Shown in pieces: positions 12,267 through 25,296 of a DNA stretch of 64,000 nt (the stretch's first letter is position 1; every line of letters begins with the position of its first letter). Source of the stretch: Phyllosticta citribraziliensis. Lineage: Eukaryota. Location of the stretch: positions 310,001 through 374,000 of the forward strand of contig NW_027117343.1 of the NCBI RefSeq assembly GCF_038025025.1, read 5' to 3'. The position numbers and the translations under genes are program-made. Under the pieces are notes generated by a model, which made no database searches, was not told the DNA's origin, and saw nothing but the letters and a program-made list of their open reading frames with translations.

Positions 12267-14022
12267 ATGCACCAAAATGTTGAGCAAAAGACGGGCCCCG
12301 TCTCCAGGCTCCACGCCATCTACAGGGGAACCATCTTTCAGGCCGTAATCCTCGGCTTGATAAGCTTCACGCAACCGGGAATCTGGTCTGCCCTCAACAG
12401 TGCGCCGCCCTCATTTCCATCTTTTCGCGGGACGTGATGCAAACTGAATTGGCCAGATTTGGGAGCCGGTGGGCAGGCTGAGCCCTACGTCGTCAATGCT
12501 GCCAACGTCATTACCTTTGCGTAAGTGCATTCTGGCAGCCTGTGCGCTTTTACTGACTCGAAGCGTCCAGCATCATGGTGTTTGGAGCACCGCTGGCAAG
12601 TGTGGTCGCCAATGTCATTGGCGTCAGATGGGTCATTGTGTTTGGAACCATTGGCTACGTGCCGTACTCTGCTGCGCTGTACTGCAACTCGGCATTCGGT
12701 ACTCAGTGGTTCCTGATATTCGGATCAGTCACCTGCGGTCTATCGGTGCGTCTGACGAAGAAAAATCAGAAGCAAACGCTGACGGAGAATAGGCCTCTGC
12801 GCTCTGGTCGGCTGAGGCTACAGTCGCCGTGGGCTACCCAGAGCCAGCTCGGAGAGGGATCTGCGGTAAGAAGATGACCACTCGCACAAGAATTGCAGCT
12901 GACGCATTTTCAAAAAGTGAGCATCTGGCTAGCACTCAACAAGCTCGGCTCCATCATTGGCTCCGCGATCCAACTCGCCCTCAACAAAGACGGCAGCACA
13001 ACGGGCTCCATCTCGACGCAAACCTACCTCGTGCTCGTCGCCATCCAATGTCTCGGCCTGCCCCTCGCCTTCCTGCTCTCCCCGCCCGACAAGCTGATCC
13101 GCACCGACGGCAAGAAGCCCACCTTCTCGGGCATCGGCCGCAGCTGGCGCGCGCAGTCCCGCGAGTTCTTCCGCATCCTGCGCCGCAAGGACATGCTGCT
13201 GCTCATCCCGGCCTTCATCACGTCCGAATGGGGCCAGACGTACCAGGGCAACTACCTCACGGCGTACTTTTCGGTGCGCTCGCGCGCGTTGGTAGGCTTC
13301 CTCGTCGCCGTCGTCGGCGCCATTGTCAACATCCTGTGCGGCTGGTGGCTCGACACTAGATGGGTCAAGCGCTCCACGCAGGCCCGCGGCACGTGGCTGG
13401 CCACGCTGGCCCTCTTTACGGCCATGTGGATTTGGTATCTGGTTGTGCAGGTTCGCTGGTCGAAGGACGCGCCGAGTATTGATTGGAGCGACTCTCAATT
13501 CAGTCAGGGCGCTGCGCTGTACATTTTGCTCCGGTACGCAAACCCCCTCTCCCTTCTCTTTTCCACCCCCCTTCCCCCTTTCTCCCTCCCCCCACCACCA
13601 CCGCCACCACCACCACCACAACTCACTAACCCGCCTCCCACAGCATCGCCTTCGAAGTAATCCTCGTCTGGCTCTACTGGGCCGTCGCAGCCTTCGACTC
13701 GGACGCCGACGCCATCTCGGTAACGGTCGGCATCCTGCGCGCGGGGCAATCGCTCGGCGAAGCCTTCTCGTACGGCGTCGGCGCCGCGCGCTCCGCCTCG
13801 CTGCTCACGAACCTCATCGTCGCGTTCGTCGTCTTCTTTGTCAGCGTCCCGTTCACGACGTGGGCGGCGTGGATCGTGCCCGAGCGGCTGTTGGGCGAGG
13901 ATGAGGATGACGATGTCGTGGTTGGGGGAGGGGAGGCGGGGAGTGGGAGCGGGGCGGCGAGTGATTCGGAGAGGGAGAGGGATTTGGAGCAGGTGGGCGT
14001 CAAGGTGGAGCCGAAGGAGTAG
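12267..14022 (+). CDS. UNC-93-like (DUF895) MFS membrane protein, multi-exon
   Basis: Spliced reading MHQNVEQK...FQAVILGLISFTQPGIWSALN|NLGAGGQAEPYVVNAAN...; also GTIGYVPYSAALY, YQGNYLTAYFSVRSRAL and GILRAGQSLGEAFSYG. Many hydrophobic helices and several GT-AG introns. Stop TAG at 14020-14022. Confidence 0.85.
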
Positions 14023-15359
14023 GGAGATGAGTGTAGATGACGAGGTGTTGCTGCTGCTGCTGCTGCTGCTGGGAAGAGCACATACCAGCGCCTCCTCTCG
14101 TCCAGCCCGTCGGGCTAGACGCGCGAAGACAAAAAATAGACGTTTACTTCTTTCGAAAAACCCTTTCACTGCTCGACTTACTTCGCAAACGTAGCGCCAT
14201 CAACACAGGCGCGGAGGGCTGGCTGCGTTGGGCCAGCATCTGTTTCCCTCCCTCCCGCCTTCAAGGCTCCTCCCTGTTGCCGTTGACCATCTATCACAGA
14301 GTCTGAGTGCTCCACCAATCAGTCATCCGCCAGAGCAAGCAAAAACACGCTCCCTGATTCACCTGCTCATGATCGCATTGCTCGACCAAACACTCCATCG
14401 AGACGACCTGCCAGCAATCGCCAGCCAGCGTAGACAAAGCAAGCATACATACATACATACACCGACAGTCGCGTTGCTGGTCGCTTGATTCGTGCTGCTG
14501 CCGCATACATACACAGTCAGGAGAGACACTACCACGGCATCCACCTACCTCTGCGCAGCTAGCCAACTCGCTGCTTCTCTTCCAGCACTGCTGGTTCTGC
14601 TGCTCGTTTCGCGCGGCGCCGTGCAGTGCCCTGGCAGTCAGCGTTGCGGGATATTGAGCGTTGGTTGGTTAGGTGGCTAGGGAGCAACGAGAAGGCACAG
14701 GACCTGGTAGGTACGTCATACTCGACCGCACTCATCCATTTGGTCGCCCGCGGTTTTGGCGGTGGAGCGAGAAAGTGAACGACGGCTCAGGGAAAGGGGT
14801 GCCGCGCCACTGTGGCTTTGGGCCAGCTCGGCAAGCTCATTCTCGAGTCCCCGCTCTGTTGGTGTCGTGATGGGCTGTGGAGCTTGCCTTTTTGTTAAGG
14901 GACTTCGGCTTCTGCTGCGGGATGGCGCACTGCGAATTTGAACGGGCAACATGGGGTATCGGATCGGATGGGGTGTTGAGCTTGCGCCTTCGAGTGTTTC
15001 GAACAGCCAAAGAATGAGAGAGGTCAGGGGTGTTGACTGATCAAAACGAGGAAAGAGAGATTGCAGGACGCGTGTTGCTCGTGATTTTCATCTGGTTTCT
15101 AGCCATATGCATCCGGAAGGCGCTGGGAAATGCCAGAGGCGGCGCCTGTAGAAAGGAAGCATGTCTTCTCCCATCTGGAGCGGCTATGTGTCACTTTGGC
15201 ACGGTCTGGATGCGAGGCAAGGATGGGGTTGAAATAAGCATAACGCGCTGATGTATTTCTATCAACAAGAAGCATCGACCCCAGATCCCTTCACCTGTAC
15301 GACACCCCAAGCCATCCAGTCCACTACTCACCATCTCTCCTCTCGCCGCCGTCGTCCAT

Positions 15360-16972
15360 CTACGCCGCAAACATCTTATTGAAATACCTCCCAATGACCA
15401 TTCTCCTGACCTCACTCGTCCCCGCGCCAATCTCATAAAGCTTCGCATCGCGAACGAGCCGCCCCGCCGGGACCTCGTTCACGTAGCCCATGCCGCCCAT
15501 GAGCTGGACGGCGTCCATGGCGCACTCGGAGGCGCGCTCGGCGGCGTACAGGATGGCGCCGGCGCAGTCCTGCGTCGGGATGACGTAGGCGCCGGAGGCG
15601 ATGGCGGCGTGGTTGGCGTCGATGGCGGCGGCCATGGTCGACGTGTACGACCGCGAGGCTTGCAGCTTGGTGTGCATGTCCGCGAGCTTGCCTTGGATCA
15701 GTTGGTTGTGGGCGATGGGGATGCCGAACTGGGTGCGTGTGTGCGTGTACGGCAGGACGAGGTCGAGGGCTGCTTGCATGATGCTGTTTAAGTGTTAGCT
15801 GGCTGGTTCACCGGCCTTCGAAGAGGTTTCGCGAGCAAAGCAGAGATCTGGAATTGCGATCATGAAGGGAGACATGTGTTGCGTCTTTGCTTACCCGAGA
15901 GGTCCAGCGCTGAGGACCAACCGCTCTAGATCCAGGCCTTCCATGAGGACGCGCACCCCCTTGTTGATCTCACCCAGCACATTCTCTTCTGGAATGAAGA
16001 CGTCCTCGAAGGCCAGCTCGCCCGTGTTGGAGCCGCGCATGCCAAACTTGTCGAGCTTGCGTGCACACGAGAAACCCGCCGTCTCAGTCTCGAGAATAAA
16101 CGCCGTGATGCCCTTGGATGCGGCTTTGGGTTCTGTTTTGGCGTAAACTACCATGTAGTCGGCGTCTGGGCCCTTGGAATGGTCAGCGTCTGCGTGGAGC
16201 ACACTACGAATAGGCGAAATGAAGCCCGTACGTTGGTGATCCACATCTTGGTGCCGTTGAGGAGGTACCCGCCATCGACCTTTTTCGCCGTGCTCTTCAT
16301 GCTAACCACGTCGCTGCCCGCCGAATGCTCGCTCATAGCCAGCGCGCCAACCTTTTCTCCAGAAATAAGCCCCGGCAGATACTTTTCCTTCTGGGACTCC
16401 GACCCATTCAGCATGAGCTGGTTCACGCAAAGCTGCGAGTGCGCGGCATACGACAAGGCAATGCTCGCTGTCATTCTCGTCAGCCGGTCTGTCAAATTCA
16501 CCGCCAGAAGCCAACCCGGCGATCCAGCCGGACCTCGCACGTACCTGACGCGCGACTCAGCTCCTCCATCACGATGCAATGCGCCTGGTACCCCATGGCG
16601 AGCCCGCCGTAGTCCTCATCCGCCGTGATACCCAGGAACCCCGCCTGCCCGAGCTTCTTCCACATGTCGTTTGGGAATTCGTTCTTCGAGTCCGTGGCCG
16701 CGGCGACTTCTTCGGGGATCTCTCTTGCTGCCACGGGCGTCAGGACGAAGCATTCGCTCCATAGAATGAGTCCACGCACCAGTAAACGCCTGCACAGTGC
16801 TCCTGAGCTCCTCGAGGTCGTCTCGCGTCGGCGGCGCAAAGCCCCGCGGGTGTTTGGATATGAAGGCGCGCTGGAGGGGCGAAGGCCCGGAGAAGGCGCG
16901 CGGCTGGCATGGCCGTAGCCTTCGGGCGCCGTGCGAGAGGAGCAAGCTCGGTCGCGGTAGTATTGAAGCCAT
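15360..16972 (-). CDS. ivdA: Mitochondrial isovaleryl-CoA dehydrogenase, multi-exon
   Basis: Acyl-CoA dehydrogenase motifs [63 protein letters not shown] and [19 protein letters not shown]-rich presequence [20 protein letters not shown]. Confidence 0.92.
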
Positions 16973-17400
16973 TGTCGACGTTGTTTGTTTGGAGGAGGCG
17001 GAGGCGGGAGATCGGCGTGGGGTGAGCTGGAGGTGAGCTGGGGTTCCTTCAGCCGAGGGTAGCCGAGCTGGCATGGACGGCAGACGTCATCAAGGGGGAG
17101 GAAAGTCGTGCCGGATACAAGTCATTGTTCTTTCTCTTTTCCAATGATTTGATGTTGCGTTGCATGAACACGCTTTTTGGTTGCTTGAAGTGATTTAAGA
17201 AAAGTCGGTACATCCCGTCTTCCTGTGCATTCAGGGGGCGGCTAGAGCTTGTCAATCAAGCGTGACACCAAAATTTTTGCGTTGACAACACTATAACACA
17301 CTTGATCGTGTTCAAAATATCTTTTCCCATGACCAAGCCTGCCCCACAAGAAGCTCCCCCAAGGCATTACATCCAACACTACTATCAACATCCCAGGCCA

Positions 17401-18874
17401 TCACTCCGAACTAGAATCCGAACTGGAATGCGAACTCAAATCCACAGACTGTAGACTACCGCGATCATCTTCCTCGTCCGTGGTACTCCAATCACTGAGC
17501 CACGCCTCGGAATCATCTTGCGGCTCCTCCTCGCTCTTCTCCTTCTGAACCCACTTGATCGCCAAATCTGGCTCCTTCTCCAGCAGATAAAACTCATTCA
17601 ACGGGTTCAAGAAGAGACTCGTCAGCGCCAGACACCCCTCGAAGAAGCGCACGGAGTGCCGCGCAAAGTAGAGACGCGTGGGATACGGGACTTCGTTTTC
17701 CAAAGAGGGCCCGCCGATCAGGCAATCCATGCGGTAGTCGGGCGGCTCCTCGGGACTGTCGCCCCATGGACGGGACGAGGATTTGAAGTCGTGCCGGAAG
17801 GAGAAGGTGTGTAAGCGTGGAAAGTGAGCGAGGGCTGAAATGATGCGCTGTTGTGAGCCGAGGCAGTGTCAGCGCTGATAACTTGGAGGTTCAAGAGGAG
17901 ACGCAGGAAAGTGAGCAACGACGGGGACAAAATTGCCAAAGGATTGTGATATCCATACCTCGCGGTTTTCAACATAGATCATATTTAGACCCGATCCGGT
18001 CAGGGCGAGGCGTTCGAGGTTTGGTAGGAACGTGTAGATGGCTGGCTGGTGTGAGTACCGAGTGGAAAACAGGAGGGAGCTGTGTTTGATCGGGCTGATG
18101 GGCCAAGACTCACTTTTCACAAGCTCTGGCTCAACTTTTGAGTCCAGCTCAAAGCTGATCAGATGCGGCGATTTGCGAAACTTGCCAATCGCGTTTGACA
18201 ACATTTCCTCCGCGTCCGTGCCGCTGTCCAATGCCCTCCTGACTTTGATGCTTTCGACGTTTGGACACAGGCGCCCCAAATAGTAGAGATCTTGGTAAAT
18301 CGACAGCTCTTTGACGTATCGGAGGGTAAAAGTGGGATTGTCTCTCAAGAACACAGGCTGGCGAAAGTCACCGTTGTGAAAAAACATCCCAGAGAAACGG
18401 TCGCGTCTCGCCGTCTTGGATATTCGTGAGTGCCCCGCGTCGAGCTTCTCCAAACGTTGGGGCGTTCTCAGAAGACGGTTCAGTTCATATTCACCGACAG
18501 TAAGATCTCTATCAAAAGGCGTGACATAAGGATACGGGATTCGGAGTGACCTAAAATGACTTCAGCGGGTGGACTGTTACGAACGGTATGGCGCACCTCG
18601 TCCGCTCAAGAGCTTTTGGAATATCCAATGAACATCCCTCAAAAACGCATTCATTGAGTTGAGCCGGTAAACTCCCTCCCTCCAGCGAGACTGAATGAAA
18701 CACAGATCTCTTTGCAACCCAAGTCGCCAAATACCGCAACCTGCGATTGGCAGAAGACAGCGCAACCAAGTGATTACGCCTCCGCCCTTTAGAATCTCGC
18801 CGAAGGCTTTCCTCCGCAAGGAAGTCGATTACAATCAAGAGGACATCATCATTGAGGTCATTGAAAGTAGCCAT
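17401..18874 (-). CDS. F-box-like domain protein, 3 exons, acidic C-terminal tail
   Basis: N-terminus MATFNDLNDDVLLIVIDFL...LVALSSANRRLR resembles an F-box. Introns GTGCGC..TAG (about 18597-18552) and GTATGG..CTGAC..CAG (about 17958-17850) join the three ORF pieces in frame. LRR-like fragments CPNVESIKV and LPNLERLAL. Confidence 0.6.
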
Positions 18875-19696
18875 GATACCACCAAACCGTGAGTCTCCTA
18901 CCAGGGGTCGAGCAAGTTGTATGGCTAGGGACTGCGAGGGAGGGGAGAGAGAGGATAGGTATGTACCTTAGTGCTACAACCTTGAGTTGTACCTAGCAAC
19001 TCCTGCCCTGGCATGCCTGTGCTTGGCACACCAGCCAGGAACCAAATAGCCTCGGGTGACGCCATTGGCTTGCTTCTGGTTACACACAGCAGATTTCCAA
19101 GATTCTGCTTACCAGGTAGAGGCGCAAGTCACCACATAACCTAAGCAGTCAGTCAGTCAGTCAATCGCCAGCATGCAAGACAAAAGTGACTGTTTCAATT
19201 GCAGCTGGGCGCCCACTGCCCTACAAATTGGGGCGAAGCCCGCCGGATAGGGGAGCATGTGGAGCAAGCGGCGCCAGCGATGGTGGGGAAGTGGGGAGGC
19301 GGGGGAGAGACATTGGGGATCCACTTTGCGGGCGAGATGGGATGGAAGGAAGGTTGCTTTTTGTGCTACGATGAGATAGATGGGCTTGAGGAGCACTGAC
19401 TGCAGTGCACCCGCTGGCCATCATGGCCCATGTCCGCTTGCGCCAAAAGATCAAGGGAAGTTGTAAATGTTCATATACCCAGGCCGCTCGCCCATACGTA
19501 TCAAAGGCGCGCAGACACTCGAAGGCAGCGACCTGCTCAAGCGTAAGCAATCGTCGTGTCCAAGGAACCCCAAACGCCAGCATGTCTCATGGAGCCAGAA
19601 CTCATGAATGCAGCCAAAAACTCCCAAAATGCAAAAGATCTGCGGCAAACCGCCCACCGCAAAAAGAAACAGAGGGAAGCCCCCACAATGACACGC

Positions 19697-20549
19697 TCAC
19701 TTTTTCTTCTTGCCCACGTCCAAGTCGCCCGTCGCCAACAACTCTCTCCTGCGCGCCTCGACCTTTTCCTTCTTTTCGTTCAGCTCCGCAATGATCTTGT
19801 CGACTTCGCCCTCGGCCTGCTTGAACTGCCGTATGAAGCTGTCCTCCATTTGCTTGCTGTAGGGGTTGCGCTCGCTTCCCCTCTCCGGCAGCTCGACGCT
19901 CTTGTCTTCCTGTCCGACGGCTTTTCGCCGCGCGGCCTCCTCCGCCGCCTTGACTGCTGCGCCTTTGCCCTTGCCGCGACCGCCAGCTGCAGACTGCTCA
20001 GGCCACTGGCGGTCTTCGTCTGTGAGCAGCGCGTACAGTGCCTCGGTGGGCTCGTTGAACTCGATAAAGTCGAGCATCTCCGCCTTGACCAGGTTCTGCG
20101 CGCGCTGCCGCGCCATGGATTCCTCGGGGCCATAGGGCTCGAGATAGAGGTAGTGGGAGCGCACGGCGTGCTTTTCGCCGACGTAGGGTTGGAAGTAGAG
20201 GCGGATCTCGACAGTGAAGCCGCCCCAGCCGGTCTCGCGGACTTCAAAGGGCGGGTTCGCAATCACTGGGAGGAGGGTCAGAGAGGGCGCGCAAATTCGG
20301 CGGGGCCGTCGTACTTCTCTTCGCGTTTGGATATGTCTCGTGCAAGCTGAACTGAACCTTATTCAGCCACGTGCTAATGTCGGGGCCGCCGTCGACGTTC
20401 TCGACGTAGACTCGCCATCCTGTCGTGTGATCGTCTGGTATGCCGGGCGGGCGGTTCTTGTCGTCGAGTTTCCACGCCTCGCTGCCGATGCGGAATGCGC
20501 GCGTGATCTTGACGCCCTTGACGCGCTTCTTGTCCGAGAGGCCCGGCAT
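19697..20549 (-). CDS. YAF9: YEATS-domain protein Yaf9 (NuA4/SWR1 subunit), 2 exons; possible N-terminal extension to 21317
   Basis: KKRVKGVKITRAFRIGS, HTTGWRVYV, KVQFSLHETYPN, PPFEVRETGWGGF and a C-terminal coiled coil. Intron at about 20311-20268. Confidence 0.85.
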
Positions 20550-21508
20550 GGCTGGGTATGCGCTGGATGGAGTCGCAGGGTGCTGGGCGGCGGCTCTGCG
20601 CCTGGTGGAAGTTTCGATATGGGGGACGGCGGCGGCGGGCGCCTGGGCCGGGGTCTGGGTATGCTGGGTCTTGCGACGCTGGGGGACGGGCGTGGAATTG
20701 TGCTTTGGGTCGAGCGAGTGCGACGGGCCTCTCTTCTTGCTGTTTGTGGTTGTGGCGGCGGCGGCGGCGGCGGCGGGCTGAGCTTTGCCGCGACGGTGGA
20801 TATGGCGCGGATCTGGGGCTGAGGCTGAGGGTGCTTCTTCGTCCGACTCGCTCGGCGGCTCGACCAGCGACACGTTCCGGCTGTGGGTGCGACGTTTGTG
20901 GTGGGCGGGCTCCCAGACGCCAGGCGCAAAGTCGCCCCGCAGTTCGGCGGGTATGAGCTCGGGCGGGATGTTCCCAGTTGGGGTGCGGGCGGGAGTCTGG
21001 CGGGCGGACGAGGTGTTGCGCCTGTGGTGCGATTTTCCTCGTCCTGCACCGTGTGGATGGGCGTGGACTGCGACGGGCGTCGACGTCTTTTCGACTGACG
21101 GGATGGCGGCGGGCGAATTGGGGTTGGTCTCAGCGTGTCGAGAGCTCTCTGGTTGCTGGTCGAGGTCGAGGTCGCGGTCTGGTGCAGCAGCGGAGACGGC
21201 CTTCTTGGATCTCGACGGCTCTGGTCCGCTGGCATTGTGCTCCAGCTCCAGCTCGCGGTGCGACAGAGCTGCAGCACCTGCGCCTGCGTCTGCGTCTGCC
21301 GGTCCCATGGCTTCCATTGGCTTGGCGGACGGAATGAAGGCTAGGCTAGCCCTTGCTTGCCGTGTTCGAGTTCGAAGATCGATGCGGCGGAACAGTGCGG
21401 TGCGGTCCAACGTCGTCACGGTCGAGGTCAGGTCTCCAGATCGCTCGCCAGCATCAATGCTCAGACCATGCCCGACAACCAACATCTCCCACATCTCTCC
21501 CGTCCACC

Positions 21509-22573
21509 ATGGCCTCGACTGCTGCCAAACGGAAGCTTGTCGTCTGCGGCGGCAACGGATTCCTCGGTGCGTCCCTCGACGGCATGCCTGGCGAGCTCCA
21601 GCTAACCCCATCTCTTCGCAACAGGCTCGCGAATTTGCAAAGCTGCCGTCCAGCGCGGTTGGACCGTCACTTCATTAAGGTATGGCCTTCCATGTTGACC
21701 GCCAACTCTGCCTCCCTGCCATGACACGGGCTAAACACCACGCACAGCCGATCCGGCGAACCCACCTGGTCCAGCGTCTCGTCGTCAACCACCGCCCCAC
21801 CGTGGGCCTCGTCCGTCCAATGGGCCAAAGCCAACATCCTCAACCCAGATGAATACTCGCACCACCTAGACGGCGCCGACGCCGTCGTCCACAGCATGGG
21901 CATCCTGCTCGAGGCAGACTACAAGGGCGTGCTGCAGGGCAAAGAGTCGCCGCTCAACGGGCTGCGGAGAGCTTTCAGCGCCACAAAGGCCGGCAGCCAG
22001 AACCCGCTGGAGCGGAAGCCCGGCGAGGAGCTGCGGCCGCAGGAGAAGGACGGGCAATTGACATATGAGCTGATGAACCGCGACTCGGGTACGTCCACAG
22101 GCCGTCACCGACACCAATAGCCTCAGATCCTAACACACTTACCTACAGCCATCCTCCTCGCCCGCGAGTCCTCCACCGCACACGTCCCAACCTTCGTCTA
22201 CATCTCCGCCGCCGCCGGCGCCCCCGTCCTGCCGCAGCGCTACATCACGACCAAGCGCGAGGCCGAGTCGACCATCGCCAGCGCCTTCCCCACCATGCGC
22301 AGCATCTTCATCCGCGCGCCCTTCATGTGGGACAAGAGCCGCGGCTTCACGGTGCCGCTGGCCGCCGCCACGGGCATCGCCGCCACCCTCAACGACGCCA
22401 TTGGCGGCCGCCTGACTTGGCTGATGGGCGCCGGCGGCGTCAAGCCGCTGAAGGCCGACTTGGTCGGCGAGGCTGTCGTCGAGGCTGTCGACGCCGAGGA
22501 TACCAAGGGCCCCGTCGAGGTGCCGGAGCTTGAGAAGCTGGCGAATAAGGCGTGGAGGCGCGGAATGTTGTAG
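21509..22573 (+). CDS. COQ11: Atypical SDR / NAD(P)-binding protein, COQ11 (YLR290C)-like, multi-exon
   Basis: MASTAAKRKLVVCGGNGFLG|SRICKAAVQRGWTVTSL, AVVHSMGILLEADYK, TYELMNRDS, FVYISAAAGAPVLPQRYITTKREAE. Confidence 0.8.
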
Positions 22574-23205
22574 ATTGAGCCATTGAGCTCGCGCGCCAAA
22601 CCACTCCTCTCTGGGTACATATGCGATGACGGCTTTCTTGAAAATAAACTCTATTTATGTTGTGTAGGACAATCTCCAACCCACGTTCAAATTCAATGAG
22701 GATGGGGAGTCCATGTCGTGATGGACGTACTCACATCATGACGTCACTGGGAGACGACACACCACACCACACATGCACCACCCGCACATATCAAATCCCA
22801 TCCACCAGATTTCCTCATCCTCACATGCCCAACTGACCAAGACTCCCACATACAACTCGACCATGAGCGTTCACACCGGAGCTGAGCACTTTCAATTCCC
22901 GAACCGCGTCTCCGTGCTCAGGTAGGTGGGAGAAGGGAGGTACCGGTACGCATGCATGGAGGCACTGAACGTGCACAAGCAGAAAATAAGGATGTCTGTC
23001 ACGCTGTGGGAAGTGTGGGAAGTTTTGGAAATCCTCAATTGATTCTTGTTGGGGTATATATCGAATCCATCCACGGTTCTGTGATGCGATGCATGGCAAG
23101 CCGTTCATGGACTGCTTCTGCTCGTTCTCCATCTCCCCCTCTTTCATGTCCTCGTTCTGTCTTCCTCTCCTTCCATTCTTGCTTTTGCGTTTAGACGACC
23201 CGGTC

Positions 23206-24798
23206 CTAGTTGATGTCCGTCGAAAACACCAGCGAAACGCCATCGTCGCCCGCAGTGACGACCTTGTCGCCCGCGCCCTGGACGAAGCCCATGATGCCGC
23301 CGCCCTCGCCGCCGCCCCGGTGGCCCCTCCACTCGCCGACCAGCCCGCGCGCCGCCGCCGCCGTGCCGCCGCGCGTGTCCCACCGCCTCACGACGCCGTC
23401 GTTGCCGCAGGACGTCAGGAGCCAGCTGCCCTGGGCGGGCTGGCCGGGGCCACCAGCAGACGACTGCCGCGGCGATTGCAGAAACTCGACCTTGATGACG
23501 GCCTGCTCGGTGCCCTCGTCGTCGTCGACGTGCGCGGCCTGGATGTGGCGCCGCACGGCGAAGCGGTGCGCCGTGTCGAGCAGCACGATGGACCCGTCGA
23601 CGCTGCCGGCTGCCAGGAGAGTCAGCGGGGGCGCTGAGAACGCGAGCGTCTCGACGCTGTCGCCTTGCGTCTTGAGGCTGGCGAGGATGGCACCGGCTTG
23701 TCCGCTCGCCGCGCTGCTGCCGCCGCCCCTGGGCCCCCCTGATTGCTTGCCGCCGCCGGCCTTGTTGCGTGCGCCGGCGCCCCGCGCGCCGCTCGTCACG
23801 GATGATGCTGCGTCGCCGCCGACACGCGGCAGGCCGATGACGCGGACGTGGCCTTCGGCGCCGCCGACGGCTGCGAAGGCGCCGTTGGGTGCGACGGCGA
23901 CGCTGTAGAGGCCGCCTTCGACGCGGAAGCGCTCGTCGTCGCCCGTGAGACCGACGACAGCTTGGCCGGAGGGGTTGGACAGGCCGGCCGCAGCGGCCTC
24001 GCCAAAGACGTCCCAGAGGTAGAACGATGCGTCTTCGGAGACGGTGGCTAGCATCGTGCCGTCGGGGGTCCAGGCGCCCGCCGTGCAGGGCATGGTGTGC
24101 AGGTAAAAGGCTTGGACGATGGTGAGCGGCGACGCCGTGTCGGCGGCGTTGACGGTGTAGACCCAGACGGAGCCGTCAGCGGCACCCAATGCCACCGTGT
24201 TGGGGTACGACGGGTGCGGGCAGGTCGCGATCCAGGTGATTTCTTCCACCTCCTGCATTTCGCCAACAGACTGCCACGACCTGGCCTGGCCGTTGGACGA
24301 ATCGCGCCAGGCGCGCAGGCGCCCGTCCATGCCGCCAGTGACGACGTACTCGCCGGCGGGCTGGGTAAACGCAATGGCGACGATCGAGTCGCTGTGGCCC
24401 TCCAGCTTCGCGATGCTCTTGAGGCTCTCCCGCTCGCCCTGCTCTCTTCCCGACTCGCTCCCCGACCAGCTGGCCGGCAGCGGCGGCCGGTCCTGCTCCT
24501 TGACCACCACCTCGAATATGTAGCCGACGTCGTCGCCGCCGCCCGTGGCCACTATCGCCGGGTTGCGCGGGTGCTGTGCGATGCAAAACACACTGTCGTT
24601 GTGTCCGTCAAAGTGCGCCACGCTGTCGTTGTGCAGCTGGATCTCGGCAATGGGGCCCTCATCGCCTTCTTCCTCGTCACCCGAGTCCATGGGCGCGTCC
24701 TCATCATCGGCGATGATTTCCTCCGCGTCTTCGGGGTCGAGCATGTCGACGTTGTCGGGCTCGTCCTCGTGTTGTTGGTGGGGGTTTGGCGCCGACAT
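23206..24798 (-). CDS. SQT1: WD40 ribosome assembly chaperone Sqt1 (AAMP-like), intronless
   Basis: Acidic N-terminus followed by NDSVAHFDGHNDSVFCIAQHP, ATGGGDD, GHSDSI...VVTGGMDG, and further WD repeats ending VVTAGDDGVSLVF. Start taken at MSAPNP (24798). Confidence 0.85.
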   Translation of the reverse strand: MSAPNPHQQHEDEPDNVDMLDPEDAEEIIADDEDAPMDSGDEEEGDEGPIAEIQLHNDSVAHFDGHNDSVFCIAQHPRNPAIVATGGGDDVGYIFEVVVKEQDRPPLPASWSGSESGREQGERESLKSIAKLEGHSDSIVAIAFTQPAGEYVVTGGMDGRLRAWRDSSNGQARSWQSVGEMQEVEEITWIATCPHPSYPNTVALGAADGSVWVYTVNAADTASPLTIVQAFYLHTMPCTAGAWTPDGTMLATVSEDASFYLWDVFGEAAAAGLSNPSGQAVVGLTGDDERFRVEGGLYSVAVAPNGAFAAVGGAEGHVRVIGLPRVGGDAASSVTSGARGAGARNKAGGGKQSGGPRGGGSSAASGQAGAILASLKTQGDSVETLAFSAPPLTLLAAGSVDGSIVLLDTAHRFAVRRHIQAAHVDDDEGTEQAVIKVEFLQSPRQSSAGGPGQPAQGSWLLTSCGNDGVVRRWDTRGGTAAAARGLVGEWRGHRGGGEGGGIMGFVQGAGDKVVTAGDDGVSLVFSTDIN

Positions 24799-25296
24799 TC
24801 TGGACGGTTGTTCGAGGGAAACGCTGGAAAAACTTTTGGAAGAAATGCTCGGGCTGTATTGGTGTAGTTTGGAGGGAAGAGAGGAGCGTTTAAAGGTCGG
24901 ATTGCCAGTGTTGGAGGGTGGTTGCTTAGAAATTGAAATTTCTTGGATTCGGCGCAAAAACGGCATGGCGGGGCACTGGAAGAATCCAGCGCTTACATCA
25001 TGCGCTATGCAGTTTGGTCCGAGTTCAGGCACCACGGTACACAAACACATGATTGTTTTTGCCGTTGGAATCCAGCTTTCAGCCTTGACTTGCTGACAAT
25101 CACTGGTACATCCTTATAAACGAGGACAGCCGGCCACTTCATCACAATTTGGTTCCCAAGCTGGGCTGACTGTACGTTGTATCGACATCCCATCAACTAC
25201 AACCTGACATCACGCCAGCTGAATATTGACACGGTAGCTTCGCAACACGCTCAAGACCGTCATTCATAAATACGGCCAGAGACCCAACTTCAAAAC

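Noticed and set aside
24799..25050. Upstream extension of the SQT1 ORF (614 aa)
   Set aside because: Looks like promoter/UTR sequence. The Sqt1-like acidic N-terminus begins at MSAPNP.
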